A DNA stretch of 64,000 bases from Patescibacteria group bacterium (lineage in GTDB: Bacteria; Patescibacteriota; Patescibacteriia; UBA2591; JAQUPP01), in NCBI GenBank assembly GCA_028716665.1, contig JAQUPP010000001.1, positions 37,313 through 101,312 of the forward strand, written 5' to 3'. Below the pieces are notes generated by a model. The model ran no database searches and was not told the origin of the DNA. It saw only the letters and a program-made list of their open reading frames with translations. The position numbers and the translations under genes are program-made. This document shows, piece after piece, positions 27,623-39,204 of the stretch (within the stretch, counting starts at the first letter, position 1; every line of letters starts with the position of its first letter).

Positions 27623-27643
27623 ACCAAGTGCCCATTTAATATA

Positions 27644-27718
27644 TGGTGCGCGAGGAAGGAATCGAACCTTCAACCTCGTCTTTATCAGAGACGCGTTCTA
27701 CCATTGAACTACTCGCGC
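27644..27718 (-). tRNA. tRNA-Ile(GAT)
   Basis: GCGCGAG...CGTCT CTGATAA AGACG...TTCGATT...CTCGCGC-ACCA. Confidence 0.95.
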
Positions 27719-27764
27719 ATTGAATAATAAAGGGTTTTTACCCTGTGTTTGTTTCACTCACTCG

Positions 27765-27788
27765 GAAAAGCAAATTAATTTGCTTTTC
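27765..27788. repeat. perfect 24-bp palindrome
   Basis: GAAAAGCAAATTAATTTGCTTTTC. Confidence 0.7.
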
Positions 27789-27843
27789 TCTCGCTCGCTC
27801 ACAAATAAAATAATATAATATTTTAAGAATTAGTCAACCCCAT

Positions 27844-28140
27844 TTAATATCCTTGTTTGTGGCGTTTGATAATTTTTCTTTTTGATTTTAAAAAAGATTG
27901 TTCCAAATCAACGCCATAACGATTAGCCAAGGTCAATAAGCTGATTAAAATATCTCCCATTTCTTTGCCTAAATCAACTTTAATATTTTTTCTTTCTTTC
28001 TTGCCGGCTTGTTTTCTGATCATTTCCGCCATTTCACCAAGTTCTTCCATTAAAAATAAAATTTCCAGATGTTCGTCAACTGTTTGAGATTTTGTTTTCC
28101 AATCTTCGTCAACCCATTGCTGAGCTTTTTTTATTTCCAT
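27844..28140 (-). CDS. MazG-like nucleotide pyrophosphohydrolase
   Basis: LMEELGEMAE...EMGDIL...LANRYGVDL; likely ATG at 28140. Confidence 0.85.
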   Translation of the reverse strand: MEIKKAQQWVDEDWKTKSQTVDEHLEILFLMEELGEMAEMIRKQAGKKERKNIKVDLGKEMGDILISLLTLANRYGVDLEQSFLKSKRKIIKRHKQGY

Positions 28141-28276
28141 AATAAATAATTGTAACAAAAAAACCAGTTAAGTCAACTGGTTTTCTTGCTCTAAAAACGC
28201 AAATCAAAGCGGGTAAACTAACCTTCGACCTTAATTTTTCTATTACTCGAAAGTAATAGAAAAAATATAAGTCCTC

Positions 28277-29800
<1,524 letters not shown>

Positions 29801-29925
29801 GAGATTATTTGATCCAAAATTTATAATTAAGAAACAGATTAGCTACCCGCTTTGATTTGCGTTTGAATAGACTAATGTTTTTAGATTAATAGGCTTCTAA
29901 TATCTAAATTGTCAACGTACTCTTA

Positions 29926-30600
29926 TTAATTGCCGAAATGTTTTTGTCTCCATTTCTCTATTTTTTGATGATTGCCTGAAAGCAATTCTTTCGGCACAAT
30001 AAGTTTTTTAATTTTACTAAATTTATCTTTAAATGTAAAGACTTCCGGACGGGTGTATTGTGGATATTCTGTGGTTAACTCTGAATCGCCAAATGACTCT
30101 TCTTTTAGGGATTCCTGTCTGATAACCCCTGGAATCAATCTGGTAATGGCATCCACCAAAATCATAGCCGGCAATTCTCCTCCGGTTAAGACATAATCGC
30201 CAATAGAAATTTTCTCATCAATAAATTTATCAATTCTGGCATCCACGCCTTCGTATCGTCCGCAGATCAAAATTATTCTTTCCAATTTTGATAAACGTCT
30301 TGCCATTTTTTGATCAAATTTTTTTCCTTCCGGAGTAAATAAAATAATTTTCTGATTTTTCGTTTTTGAAAAAAATTTTAATTTTGTAAGAGCGTTATAT
30401 AATGGTTCTATTTTTAAAATCATCCCCGGACCGCCACCGTAGGGTTTGTCATCCACTTTTTTATGCTTGTCGGCGGTGAAAGAACGAAAATTATGAACCT
30501 TAATTTTAATTAATTTTTTTTCTCGAGCTCGTTTGATAATCGAAGCGTTGAAATAATTTTCAAAAATATCAGGGAAGATTGTCAGAATGTCAAATTTCAT
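29926..30600 (-). CDS. trmD: tRNA (guanine37-N1)-methyltransferase
   Basis: MKFDILTIFP, VDDKPYGGGPGM, CGRYEGVDAR, SIGDYVLTGGE, EYPQYTRP, LLSGNH. Confidence 0.97.
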   Translation of the reverse strand: MKFDILTIFPDIFENYFNASIIKRAREKKLIKIKVHNFRSFTADKHKKVDDKPYGGGPGMILKIEPLYNALTKLKFFSKTKNQKIILFTPEGKKFDQKMARRLSKLERIILICGRYEGVDARIDKFIDEKISIGDYVLTGGELPAMILVDAITRLIPGVIRQESLKEESFGDSELTTEYPQYTRPEVFTFKDKFSKIKKLIVPKELLSGNHQKIEKWRQKHFGN

Positions 30601-30663
30601 AATAAAATAAAATAAAATCACCACCCAAAAGGGTAGTGATTTTATTTCCCTATTGAGTAAAAA

Positions 30664-30972
30664 TTATAATTTTAAATCGTCTACCGCGCTGGAAGTGCTT
30701 CTCACTCCGCGTGTAGATCCTTCTGGTTCTTCGATTTTAAGATTAATGCGCGCATTATTTCTTAAGCCGATAATGCGGATAAGAGTTCTAATTGCTCGAG
30801 CGGTTGAACCTTCTCGACCAATTATTTGTCCCATATCTTCCGGATTAAGCCTTAAAGAAAGAAGAACACCCATTTCGTCTACTGTGCGAACGACTTTAAC
30901 ATCGTCTGGGTGGACTACAAGCGCCTTGACAACGTACTCTATAAATTCTTGATCTTTTGCTTTTACTGCCAT
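30664..30972 (-). CDS. khpA: KH-domain RNA-binding protein (KhpA family)
   Basis: VKALV..PDDV...DMGQIIGREGSTARAIRT; rpsP-khpA-trmD order. Confidence 0.9.
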   Translation of the reverse strand: MAVKAKDQEFIEYVVKALVVHPDDVKVVRTVDEMGVLLSLRLNPEDMGQIIGREGSTARAIRTLIRIIGLRNNARINLKIEEPEGSTRGVRSTSSAVDDLKL

Positions 30973-31151
30973 ATTGGTATTTTATAGTTTGCTTGATTCC
31001 TGCACCTTCTAAGTCAGGACATCAATACTTGCTACCTTTTAAATCATCCAGCCTTCCGACCTTTTTCCAAATGTTTTTTAAAATTTACAAACATTTGAGA
31101 CTGGCACTTTTACTTTATATACTATAACAAAAAATAAAAAATCTGTCAAGC

Positions 31152-31478
31152 CTATTTCTCAGCCTTTTCTCCTTCTTTTATATCGGCTTGCTTTTTGGCT
31201 TCCTGATTTTTCATGGTTACTTTTGTTACCTTAACCTTTTTGCCGGTAATAACTTGCAGATTAACCAACAAATTATGAACCGTCTTGGTCGGTTGAGCGC
31301 CTTTGGAAATCCAATAATTTATCCGTTCATTGTTAAGAGACGATTTTTTGGTCAGAGGATTATAATATCCCAGGTCTTCCAAAAAATTTCCCCACGGATC
31401 TTTGGACTTTTCTAAAACCAGCAGTCTGAAAGACGGCTGATGTTTTTTTCCTATTCTTGATAGTTTGATTGCTAACAT
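31152..31478 (-). CDS. rpsP: 30S ribosomal protein S16
   Basis: MLAIKLSRIGKKHQPSFR...LGYYNP...YWISKGAQPT. Confidence 0.96.
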   Translation of the reverse strand: MLAIKLSRIGKKHQPSFRLLVLEKSKDPWGNFLEDLGYYNPLTKKSSLNNERINYWISKGAQPTKTVHNLLVNLQVITGKKVKVTKVTMKNQEAKKQADIKEGEKAEK

Positions 31479-31532
31479 AGAGATTAATATAACACTCCTT
31501 AAAAATTAGTCAATCCTGTTTATTAACAATGA

Positions 31533-32792
31533 TTAATTTTCTGTACGTTTAATGTCTGCGCCCAAAAGAGACAATCTTTCTTCCATTTTTTCATATCCCC
31601 GGTCAACAATTTCAACTTGATTAATAATAGTTTGTCCTTTGGCCAAAAGACCGGCAATAATCAAAGTGGCGCCGGCGCGCAAATCAAAACTTTTTATTTC
31701 TTGTCCGTACAAAGGCGTCGGACCGGTGATAATTACGCGATGCGGATCGGCAACAACCGCGTTGGCTCCCATTTTAATCAATTCTCCAACATAACTCATT
31801 CGACTTTCAAAAAGCGGATCTTGAATCAAACTGACTCCGTCGCATTGAGTCGCTAAAAGCGCGAAAGGAGCCTGCAAATCAGTGGGGAAACCCGGATAAG
31901 GCAAGGCCTGCAATTTAAAAGCTTTTAAATTATACGAAGGATAAATGTCCAACTGATTTTCTTTTAATTCAAATTTAACACCGATTTCCGCTAATTTTAA
32001 AAGAATTAAATCCAGGTGTTCGGGAATAATATTTTTAATATGCAGCTCCGAATGAGTGACTGCGGCCAAAACAATAAAAGTTCCGATTTCTATTTGATCA
32101 GGAATAATTTTATATTGAACACCCTTTAATTTTTCTACCCCGTCAATGATTAAATTATGAGTGCCAATGCCGGAAATTTTCGCGCCCATTTTATTTAAAA
32201 AATTGCATAAATCCTGAACATGGGGTTCTTCAGCGGCTAATTTGATAGTTGTTTGGCCCTGAGCTTTGACTGCGGCCATTAAGATATTCTCTGTTGCGGT
32301 AACGGAAAATTCTGGTAGAATAATCTTGCTGCCAATCAACTTATCGGCCTTAAGATGATAGAACCCGTTATCTTCAATAATCTGAGCGCCCAAACTTTTC
32401 AAGGCAGACAGATGAACATCAATCGGACGCTTGCCGATAATGCAGCCGCCCGGTTCAGGCAAATCAACTTTGCCGCATCTGGCCAATAAAGGACCAAGAA
32501 ATAAAATTGAAGAACGCAAACTTTTGACCGCTTTCTGATCCAATGTTTTTAAAGAAATATTTTTATTGCAAATTGTCAGTTGATGATCGCCAGTCCAAGA
32601 TATTTCACTGCCCAAACTCTTTAAAATATCAATCATTTTATCAACATCGGAAATTTTTGGGACATTATCAATAACGCTAGTTTCCTCGGTTAAAAGAGTC
32701 GCCGCAATAATGGGAGTCGCCGCGTTTTTCATTCCTTTTATTTCTACTTCTCCTTTCAAATGTTTCCCGCCCTCAATAATGAATTTAGACAT
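31533..32792 (-). CDS. murA: UDP-N-acetylglucosamine 1-carboxyvinyltransferase
   Basis: GMKNA, PGGCIIGKRPIDVH, SVTATEN, PYPGFPTDLQ, DLRAGA, DRGYE. Confidence 0.96.
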   Translation of the reverse strand: MSKFIIEGGKHLKGEVEIKGMKNAATPIIAATLLTEETSVIDNVPKISDVDKMIDILKSLGSEISWTGDHQLTICNKNISLKTLDQKAVKSLRSSILFLGPLLARCGKVDLPEPGGCIIGKRPIDVHLSALKSLGAQIIEDNGFYHLKADKLIGSKIILPEFSVTATENILMAAVKAQGQTTIKLAAEEPHVQDLCNFLNKMGAKISGIGTHNLIIDGVEKLKGVQYKIIPDQIEIGTFIVLAAVTHSELHIKNIIPEHLDLILLKLAEIGVKFELKENQLDIYPSYNLKAFKLQALPYPGFPTDLQAPFALLATQCDGVSLIQDPLFESRMSYVGELIKMGANAVVADPHRVIITGPTPLYGQEIKSFDLRAGATLIIAGLLAKGQTIINQVEIVDRGYEKMEERLSLLGADIKRTEN

Positions 32793-32804
32793 ATTATTTA
32801 ATTT

Positions 32805-34322
32805 ATGCCGAAAAAATTTAGAATTTTTTTAATTATATTTTTTACTCTTGCTTTTATTATTACCGCCCCGCCCTTGATATTTTACGCCAAAGGGTATCAA
32901 TTTGATTTTAGAACGCATCGGCTGACCAAAACCGGCAATTTATTCGTTGATTCGTATCCGCGAGATGCTTTAGTGGTAGTTGATGGTAAGACCTCCATTG
33001 AACACCATTGGTATGATTCTCTTTTGTTTTATAAAGATATTTTTGGTATGGTTAAACGACAAGGAACGACTGCTTCTCTGATTTCCAATATTTTGCCCGG
33101 CCAATATTCAGTGGAAGTTCAAAAAAACGGTTATCATTCTTGGAATAAAAAAGTTGAAATCCTGCCCAATCAAACCACCTCTTTTCAATTTATTCAATTA
33201 TTTTTAAATTCTCCTCAACCGATTTGGTTGGATGAAGGAAAAATTGTCAATAAATGGACCAACCCCAATAAAGATAAAATTATCTATCAGATCAGTTCTG
33301 AGTCCCCTAAATCTAGTCAACAATTTAAATTATTTACAACGGAAAAAGAAAGTTTGATTTCTTTGGAAAAATTAACCGATATCGGAAAAATTAATTTCAT
33401 CTCCTTTGCTCCAAATGCAAAAAATATTTTATTTTCAGCTGAACGCGATAAAAAAAATACTTATTTTATTTTTGATTGGACTGAAAAAAAACTTATTAAT
33501 CTGAATCAAGAATTTACGAAGTTTAACTTTGCCGCTTTTGACAAACAAAAAGGTGCTGTTAATATCAAATGGGCGAAAAATTTACAAAATACTATTCTGA
33601 TCAGATTAGACAACACTGTTTACTCTATAAATTTATCTGATAATAAAATGTCTGTTTTCTTCCAAATTAATAATCCTTTTACGGATTGGCTGGAATCTTC
33701 TGAAACTATTGAAATTTTAACAATACGACAAAAAAAATTATTTTTGGAAAAATATTGGTTAAATAAAAAAAATAATGGACAAAATATATTAATTGCCCAG
33801 CAGGAATTGCCGAATCTTCCGTTTGTTTTTTCTGAAATTCAGCCCTCAAGTGATTCAAGATTTTTAACCAACAACGGTAAAAAAGAATTTATGATTCTCT
33901 CTCCTGATTCGCTTGGACAATTAAGCGCTTCCACAAATGTTCAAGCCTCAGAACTTCTGCCCTTTACATCTAAAAATAATTATTTCTATTATAACGATCA
34001 CGAGCTTCAAATATTGGACATTTCCGGCGACAATCCGGAACAAAATCCGTTTAAAAGAGAAATTATAAATCGTCTCAGTCCGATAATTTCAGATGCCTCT
34101 CTGTATCCGACTCAAAATTATCTTTTATATATCATGACTGATGCGTCTTCCCAACAAAATCAAATTTTTCTTCTTGAAATAGATAACCGTGGCGGATTTA
34201 ATAATCATCTTATTTTTTCAAGCGAACAAATTTCCACTTGTTTAGTGGATTCTAACTCATATCTATTTTGTCTTGGCAAAGTTGGAGACAAAGAAGGATT
34301 TTTCAAATTAAGAATTCAGTAA
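32805..34322 (+). CDS. membrane-anchored PEGA-domain protein
   Basis: TM helix, YAKGY...TGNLFVDSYPRDA.V.VDG, LPGQYSVEVQKNGYHSWNKKV. Confidence 0.75.
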   Translation: MPKKFRIFLIIFFTLAFIITAPPLIFYAKGYQFDFRTHRLTKTGNLFVDSYPRDALVVVDGKTSIEHHWYDSLLFYKDIFGMVKRQGTTASLISNILPGQYSVEVQKNGYHSWNKKVEILPNQTTSFQFIQLFLNSPQPIWLDEGKIVNKWTNPNKDKIIYQISSESPKSSQQFKLFTTEKESLISLEKLTDIGKINFISFAPNAKNILFSAERDKKNTYFIFDWTEKKLINLNQEFTKFNFAAFDKQKGAVNIKWAKNLQNTILIRLDNTVYSINLSDNKMSVFFQINNPFTDWLESSETIEILTIRQKKLFLEKYWLNKKNNGQNILIAQQELPNLPFVFSEIQPSSDSRFLTNNGKKEFMILSPDSLGQLSASTNVQASELLPFTSKNNYFYYNDHELQILDISGDNPEQNPFKREIINRLSPIISDASLYPTQNYLLYIMTDASSQQNQIFLLEIDNRGGFNNHLIFSSEQISTCLVDSNSYLFCLGKVGDKEGFFKLRIQ

Positions 34323-35039
34323 TTATCTTGATTGCGCCACCAAATTCGCCGATTTCAAAAGCGAAGAAAATGTTCCGGCGTCAGACCAAAATCCTTTAAC
34401 AATTTCCGAACTGGCCGTACCCTGTTTGATGTAAAAATTATTAACGTCAGTAATTTCAAGCTCTCCCCTTTGGGAGGGCTTGATATTTTTTATAATATCA
34501 AAAACTTGCGAATCATACATATAAAGTCCGGTTACGGCATATTTGCTTTTAGGATTAGTTGGTTTTTCTTCAATATTAATGACTTTATTATTTTTGAGTT
34601 CCGCCACGCCAAAACGTTGAGGATCTTGAACTTCTTTCAAAAAAAGCTTGGCGCCTTTTACCTGAGATTTAAAATCTTTCACTGCTTGAGAAAAATCATC
34701 TTCAAAAATATTATCTCCCAAAATAACGGCAATCGGTTCGTTGTCGGCGAAATCTTCAGCCAAACCCAATGCTTCGGCAATTCCACCCGCGCCTTCCTGA
34801 TAAGCATAATGCATTTCTTTAATTCCCCATTCTTTGCCGCTACCCAATAATTTTAAAAAATCACCGGGATTATTACCACCGGTAACCAAAAGAATTTCTT
34901 TTATATCAGCTTTAACCAAGGTTTCTAAAGGATAATAAATCATCGGCTTATCATAAACATTCAAGAGATGCTTATTGATGACTTTGGTACACGGCAATAA
35001 TCTGCTGCCGTTGCCGCCGGCTAAAATAATTCCTTTCAT
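34323..35039 (-). CDS. sugar-1-phosphate nucleotidyltransferase (RmlA/SpsI-like)
   Basis: GIILAGGNGSRL.P.T...NKHLL.VYDKPMIYYP, LGDNIF, EEKP, RGELEITD, WSDAGT. Confidence 0.9.
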   Translation of the reverse strand: MKGIILAGGNGSRLLPCTKVINKHLLNVYDKPMIYYPLETLVKADIKEILLVTGGNNPGDFLKLLGSGKEWGIKEMHYAYQEGAGGIAEALGLAEDFADNEPIAVILGDNIFEDDFSQAVKDFKSQVKGAKLFLKEVQDPQRFGVAELKNNKVINIEEKPTNPKSKYAVTGLYMYDSQVFDIIKNIKPSQRGELEITDVNNFYIKQGTASSEIVKGFWSDAGTFSSLLKSANLVAQSR

Positions 35040-35074
35040 ATTATTTATAAAAAAATAATTAACACACTATGAAC

Positions 35075-35245
35075 GAAATTTGCCTGAACGATATCGCGGA
35101 AAAGCCTTAGAAAATTAAGGAGTTTTATTGAAAAATTCATCTATTTGACGATCCCACTATAGTCGGGAGAGGAGTTATGAATTTTTCAGAATAAAACGAG
35201 TATAATTTTCAAGGGTTTGGAGCGCTGAGTGAAGACGAATTTTGT
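35075..35245. repeat. long imperfect palindromic intergenic element
   Basis: Arms 35105-35140 / 35177-35214 are complementary; central GATCCCACTATAGTCGGGA. Confidence 0.65.
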
Positions 35246-35249
35246 AAAA

Positions 35250-37298
35250 CTAAACTATAAATTTCTTTTCTTTTTTAATTTCGCGATAAGTTTCCAAAAA
35301 ATCTCCGACTACAACTTCGGCTGAACCGACGAGTTTTAATCCGCATTCTGTGCCGAGTTTTGCTTCGGCCGCATCTTGATGATGGACTTGAAGCTCAACA
35401 ATTCTACCTTCGCCTTTCAATTCTTGATTTACCCCCCAAACTCGAGCGATATTATCTTTGAATATTTTACCGGTTACAACCCGGCCGCCCAAGATAGTTT
35501 CCTTGCCCGCGGTTCTGAAAATCGCCAAAACCTCCAATTTACCGGTTTTTTCTTCTATAATTTCTATGGAGAAAGATTTATTCATTTCATCTTTGACATT
35601 CTGCAGCAAGTCGTAAATAATCTGATAAATATTTATTTTAATTCCCATATCCGAAGCCGCTTGCTTTGCCTGATTGGTCATATCAACGTTAAAACCGATC
35701 AGCCAAGCATTGGCATTTTTGGCCAGCTCCACATCAATCTCGGTCAAATTGCCTAAATCCTTTTTTAAAATATTAATTTTTACTTCCGGATGATTTATTT
35801 TTTCCAAAGCATGAATAACGGCCTCAAGTGATCCGGAAACATCAGCTCTCAAAATAAGATTAAGAGATTTTCGTGTTGTCTTTTTGTCTTTTACTCCTTG
35901 CGTTTGATTACTGTCTCCTCTTTTTTGATAAGACAAATCAATTTCTTTAATTTTCTTTTTAAATTCCTTGTTGTCTTTTATTTCTTCAACAATGTCCCCG
36001 ACTTTCACCACTCCCTTAAGACCGAAAATTTGAACCGGCATGCCGCTTGGCGCTTTTTCCACTTCTTTATTCGCCCGATTCTTGATTAATTTAACTCTTC
36101 CATAACCATGACCGGCGATTAAATTAGTTCCTTTTTCCAAAAGTCCGTTAAAAATAATCAGACTTGCCACTTCGCCCGCGCCCGGATCGCGATGAGTTTC
36201 AATAATCGTTCCCACCAGTATTCCTTTCGGATTGGCCATCAATTTATCTTTTTTCATATCTGCCAAAAGAAGTATCATTTCCAATAATTCATCAATTCCT
36301 TGTTTTGTTTTACCGGAAACCGGTACACAAATAACCGAGCCTCCCCAATCTTCGGGTATTAAATTAATTTCCGACAAACCTTTCTTGACTCTTTCAACGT
36401 CTGCTTCGGGTTTGTCTATTTTATTAATTGCCACTATGAACGGCAAATTTTCTTGTTGAATAATTTTTATTGATTCAATGGTTTGGGGTTGAATTTTATC
36501 ATCAGCGGCCACTACCAAAACAGCGATATCAGCTGCTTCTCCGCCTCTTGATCGCATGGCTTGAAAAGTTTCATGGCCGGGCGTGTCTATAAAAGTAATT
36601 GTGCGTGACGCAGCTGCCCCTTTCTTCGCTCGGGGTGATGATTCTTTTTCCTTTGAAGGAATCATCACTTGATAGGCGCCGATTTTTTGAGTAATACCTC
36701 CCACTTCTTTGTCAGCAACATGAGTTTGGCGAATAGCATCCAAAATAGTGGTTTTACCATGATCAACATGACCCATCACCACCACTACCGGCGGACGAAT
36801 TATCAAATCATTTTTATCTTCCTGTGCCAGAACTTCTTCCAATCTTTCTTTAATCATTTTTTTCTTTATTATTTCTTCTCCTCCTTCCCCTCTTGTGGCT
36901 TTAAATCCAAAATTTTCAGAAACAATTGCCGCAACTTCATAATCCAAATTTTCATTAATACTGGCCAGAACTCCATTTTTAATCAACTCTCCCATTAATT
37001 TGGTAATAGGCATTTTTAATTTTTCGGCTAGACGATAAACCTGAATTGTCGGCGGAATGGAGATGGAATTGGTTTTAACTGTTTCTTCTTCGTCTGCCAC
37101 ACGCGACATTTTATCTTTAATTTTTTGAAGCAAGGCTGATTTTTTTTCCGCTTCATGCCAAGCTTCTATTACTTTATTAGCCTGATCGTCCGGAATTTGA
37201 ATCGCCCTTAAACCAATATGAAAACCGAGCTCGGGTAATTTTTCCTTAAGCTCTTGCGGCGTAACTTTTAATTGTCTGGCTAATTCAGTTATATTCAT
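35250..37298 (-). CDS. infB: translation initiation factor IF-2
   Basis: RPPVVVVMGHVDHGKTT, GGITQKIGAY, FIDTPGHE, NKID, GTECG. Confidence 0.97.
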   Translation of the reverse strand: MNITELARQLKVTPQELKEKLPELGFHIGLRAIQIPDDQANKVIEAWHEAEKKSALLQKIKDKMSRVADEEETVKTNSISIPPTIQVYRLAEKLKMPITKLMGELIKNGVLASINENLDYEVAAIVSENFGFKATRGEGGEEIIKKKMIKERLEEVLAQEDKNDLIIRPPVVVVMGHVDHGKTTILDAIRQTHVADKEVGGITQKIGAYQVMIPSKEKESSPRAKKGAAASRTITFIDTPGHETFQAMRSRGGEAADIAVLVVAADDKIQPQTIESIKIIQQENLPFIVAINKIDKPEADVERVKKGLSEINLIPEDWGGSVICVPVSGKTKQGIDELLEMILLLADMKKDKLMANPKGILVGTIIETHRDPGAGEVASLIIFNGLLEKGTNLIAGHGYGRVKLIKNRANKEVEKAPSGMPVQIFGLKGVVKVGDIVEEIKDNKEFKKKIKEIDLSYQKRGDSNQTQGVKDKKTTRKSLNLILRADVSGSLEAVIHALEKINHPEVKINILKKDLGNLTEIDVELAKNANAWLIGFNVDMTNQAKQAASDMGIKINIYQIIYDLLQNVKDEMNKSFSIEIIEEKTGKLEVLAIFRTAGKETILGGRVVTGKIFKDNIARVWGVNQELKGEGRIVELQVHHQDAAEAKLGTECGLKLVGSAEVVVGDFLETYREIKKEKKFIV

Positions 37299-37312
37299 TT
37301 TTTTTCAATTTT

Positions 37313-39202
37313 TTAATTTGTTGGTTGATTAATTTGAGGTTCCGGCACTATTGTTGTTTCCTTGCCGATCAGCCAAACTTCAGGCCAAGGTTTATAATGA
37401 CTTTTCCAAACATCTTCTCTGATGGTGCCATTTGAAAAAGTAATAATATTTTTAAATTCCGCGTCAGCCCCTTGATGAGCTGATTCAACTTTCTTTTTTA
37501 CGCCCGGCGCCAGGGTATCTGTCTCAATATATCTAATCGGACCCGGCTTGGTGATGTTAAAAATTTTAGGCTTGGTGGTTTCAATTTTTCGGCCGTCCGG
37601 TGTGCCATATAATTCAAAAATCAAATTATTTCCTTCTATTTTTGTCTGAATTAAAAGATAGTGTTCTGTGTCATTGATAAATCTTAAATCCGGTTGAGGT
37701 GAATATATAGTAGCATCCATACCGGCCGGTTCATAGTAAACAACCCGATAAGAATGAGGGGAGCGCTGAGTGATAGACACACCTGCATTAAGAGCCACCC
37801 TAAACATAGTTGTCCCTAATTGACAAAGACCGCCTCCATATTCCGGCACTGTCCGATCTCCTTTAATGACCAATTCCGGAAGAAAACCGGCTTCTTTATC
37901 AACCGGGCCGATCGCATTAATAGTAGAAAATTCTTCTTCGGGTTTAATCAGAATGCCATTTAATTTTTGAGCTCCGACTTTAATGTTAACGCGACGATTT
38001 TGCGGGCTGCCGCTAAAATCGGAAACTCCTCGACCGACCAATTCTTTAATACCCAAGTCATTAATGTTTTCAACAATTTGGGTCGGCTTAGTTTCTTCGA
38101 CAATTAATTTGATTTCTTTATTTTTCTGAATTTCTTCGCCAGTTTTATTTTGCGACAAATCATCTGAGAATGATTGAATAATTGCCTGAGCAGAAGCATC
38201 AAAATTCATCTTCATGCCTGATTGACCGGCAGAGAACTCAACCACTTTATCATTTTCTATTTTAAATTGAGCATCAATCGATTCAACATCAATTTCCGCG
38301 GCCAGTGGTTTTAAAAATTCTTTAATTTTTTCCTGATTAAGAGTCAAACTTATTTGATTGCTGCCATCTTTGGTAAATTCCAGCCATTCAGCCCATTTGG
38401 TTGAAGGCAATTTTTTCTCTTTTTTGCCGTATTGCAAAATATAAGATGCCGAATTAAATAAATCTTGAGCTTGATTGAAAATTTTTGAACATTCACTAAT
38501 TTTTATTTGAGGTTCTAACTCCTTAACCGGAATCTGCACTTCAATATTTTGGAAAAATCGCAAATTGGTTTCCATTTGTTTGATTCCATTTTCATAGTCC
38601 AAAATAAACCCCGGTTTTTCTTCCAATAAAACCAATTCTTGCTTATTTAATTCAATTCTGGCGTTTTGAACCGGTTTTTCCAATGATTTAAAATTTTCTT
38701 CCAAAATTTGCTGAAGCCCTGATTTATCTATTTGAACTTCCGGATAAATTGTTTTGCCTTGAATAATTTCCAAAAATCTTTGAAAAATATTACCTTGACG
38801 TCCGATGGCAAAAGCTTTTTCCGCGGTTAAATCAGTGTTAAAATTGATAATTGAACGGCTTAAATCCGGATCGGCCAAGCCGATTGAATTAGTTTCCGTA
38901 TTTATTCTTTTCTCCCCCAAATCAGTTTTGGCATAAAAAGAAAAACCTTGAGATTCCATTTGATCAACTGTTTCACTTAATAAATCCTTGGCTTCTTGCA
39001 ATTTCAAACCGCCCAAATCCAGGCCATTGCAATAAAATTTCGGATAAATGGCCAAGGCGTATTTTTTTTGAAACATGAGACAATAACCACTCAGAGCAAG
39101 TAAAATAACAATAATAAATAAAAAGAAAAATATTATTTTTTTATGATTCGGCCTGCGCACAAGATTATGATTTTGTTTGGTTAAATTTAAACGAGGAGCC
39201 AT
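37313..39202 (-). CDS. VanW family protein with PG-binding repeats
   Basis: RRVNI, GILIKPEEEFS, YGGGLCQLGTT.FR, R.PHSYRV.YY, DATIY..PDL.F.NDT. Confidence 0.88.
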   Translation of the reverse strand: MAPRLNLTKQNHNLVRRPNHKKIIFFFLFIIVILLALSGYCLMFQKKYALAIYPKFYCNGLDLGGLKLQEAKDLLSETVDQMESQGFSFYAKTDLGEKRINTETNSIGLADPDLSRSIINFNTDLTAEKAFAIGRQGNIFQRFLEIIQGKTIYPEVQIDKSGLQQILEENFKSLEKPVQNARIELNKQELVLLEEKPGFILDYENGIKQMETNLRFFQNIEVQIPVKELEPQIKISECSKIFNQAQDLFNSASYILQYGKKEKKLPSTKWAEWLEFTKDGSNQISLTLNQEKIKEFLKPLAAEIDVESIDAQFKIENDKVVEFSAGQSGMKMNFDASAQAIIQSFSDDLSQNKTGEEIQKNKEIKLIVEETKPTQIVENINDLGIKELVGRGVSDFSGSPQNRRVNIKVGAQKLNGILIKPEEEFSTINAIGPVDKEAGFLPELVIKGDRTVPEYGGGLCQLGTTMFRVALNAGVSITQRSPHSYRVVYYEPAGMDATIYSPQPDLRFINDTEHYLLIQTKIEGNNLIFELYGTPDGRKIETTKPKIFNITKPGPIRYIETDTLAPGVKKKVESAHQGADAEFKNIITFSNGTIREDVWKSHYKPWPEVWLIGKETTIVPEPQINQPTN

Positions 39203-39204
39203 AA

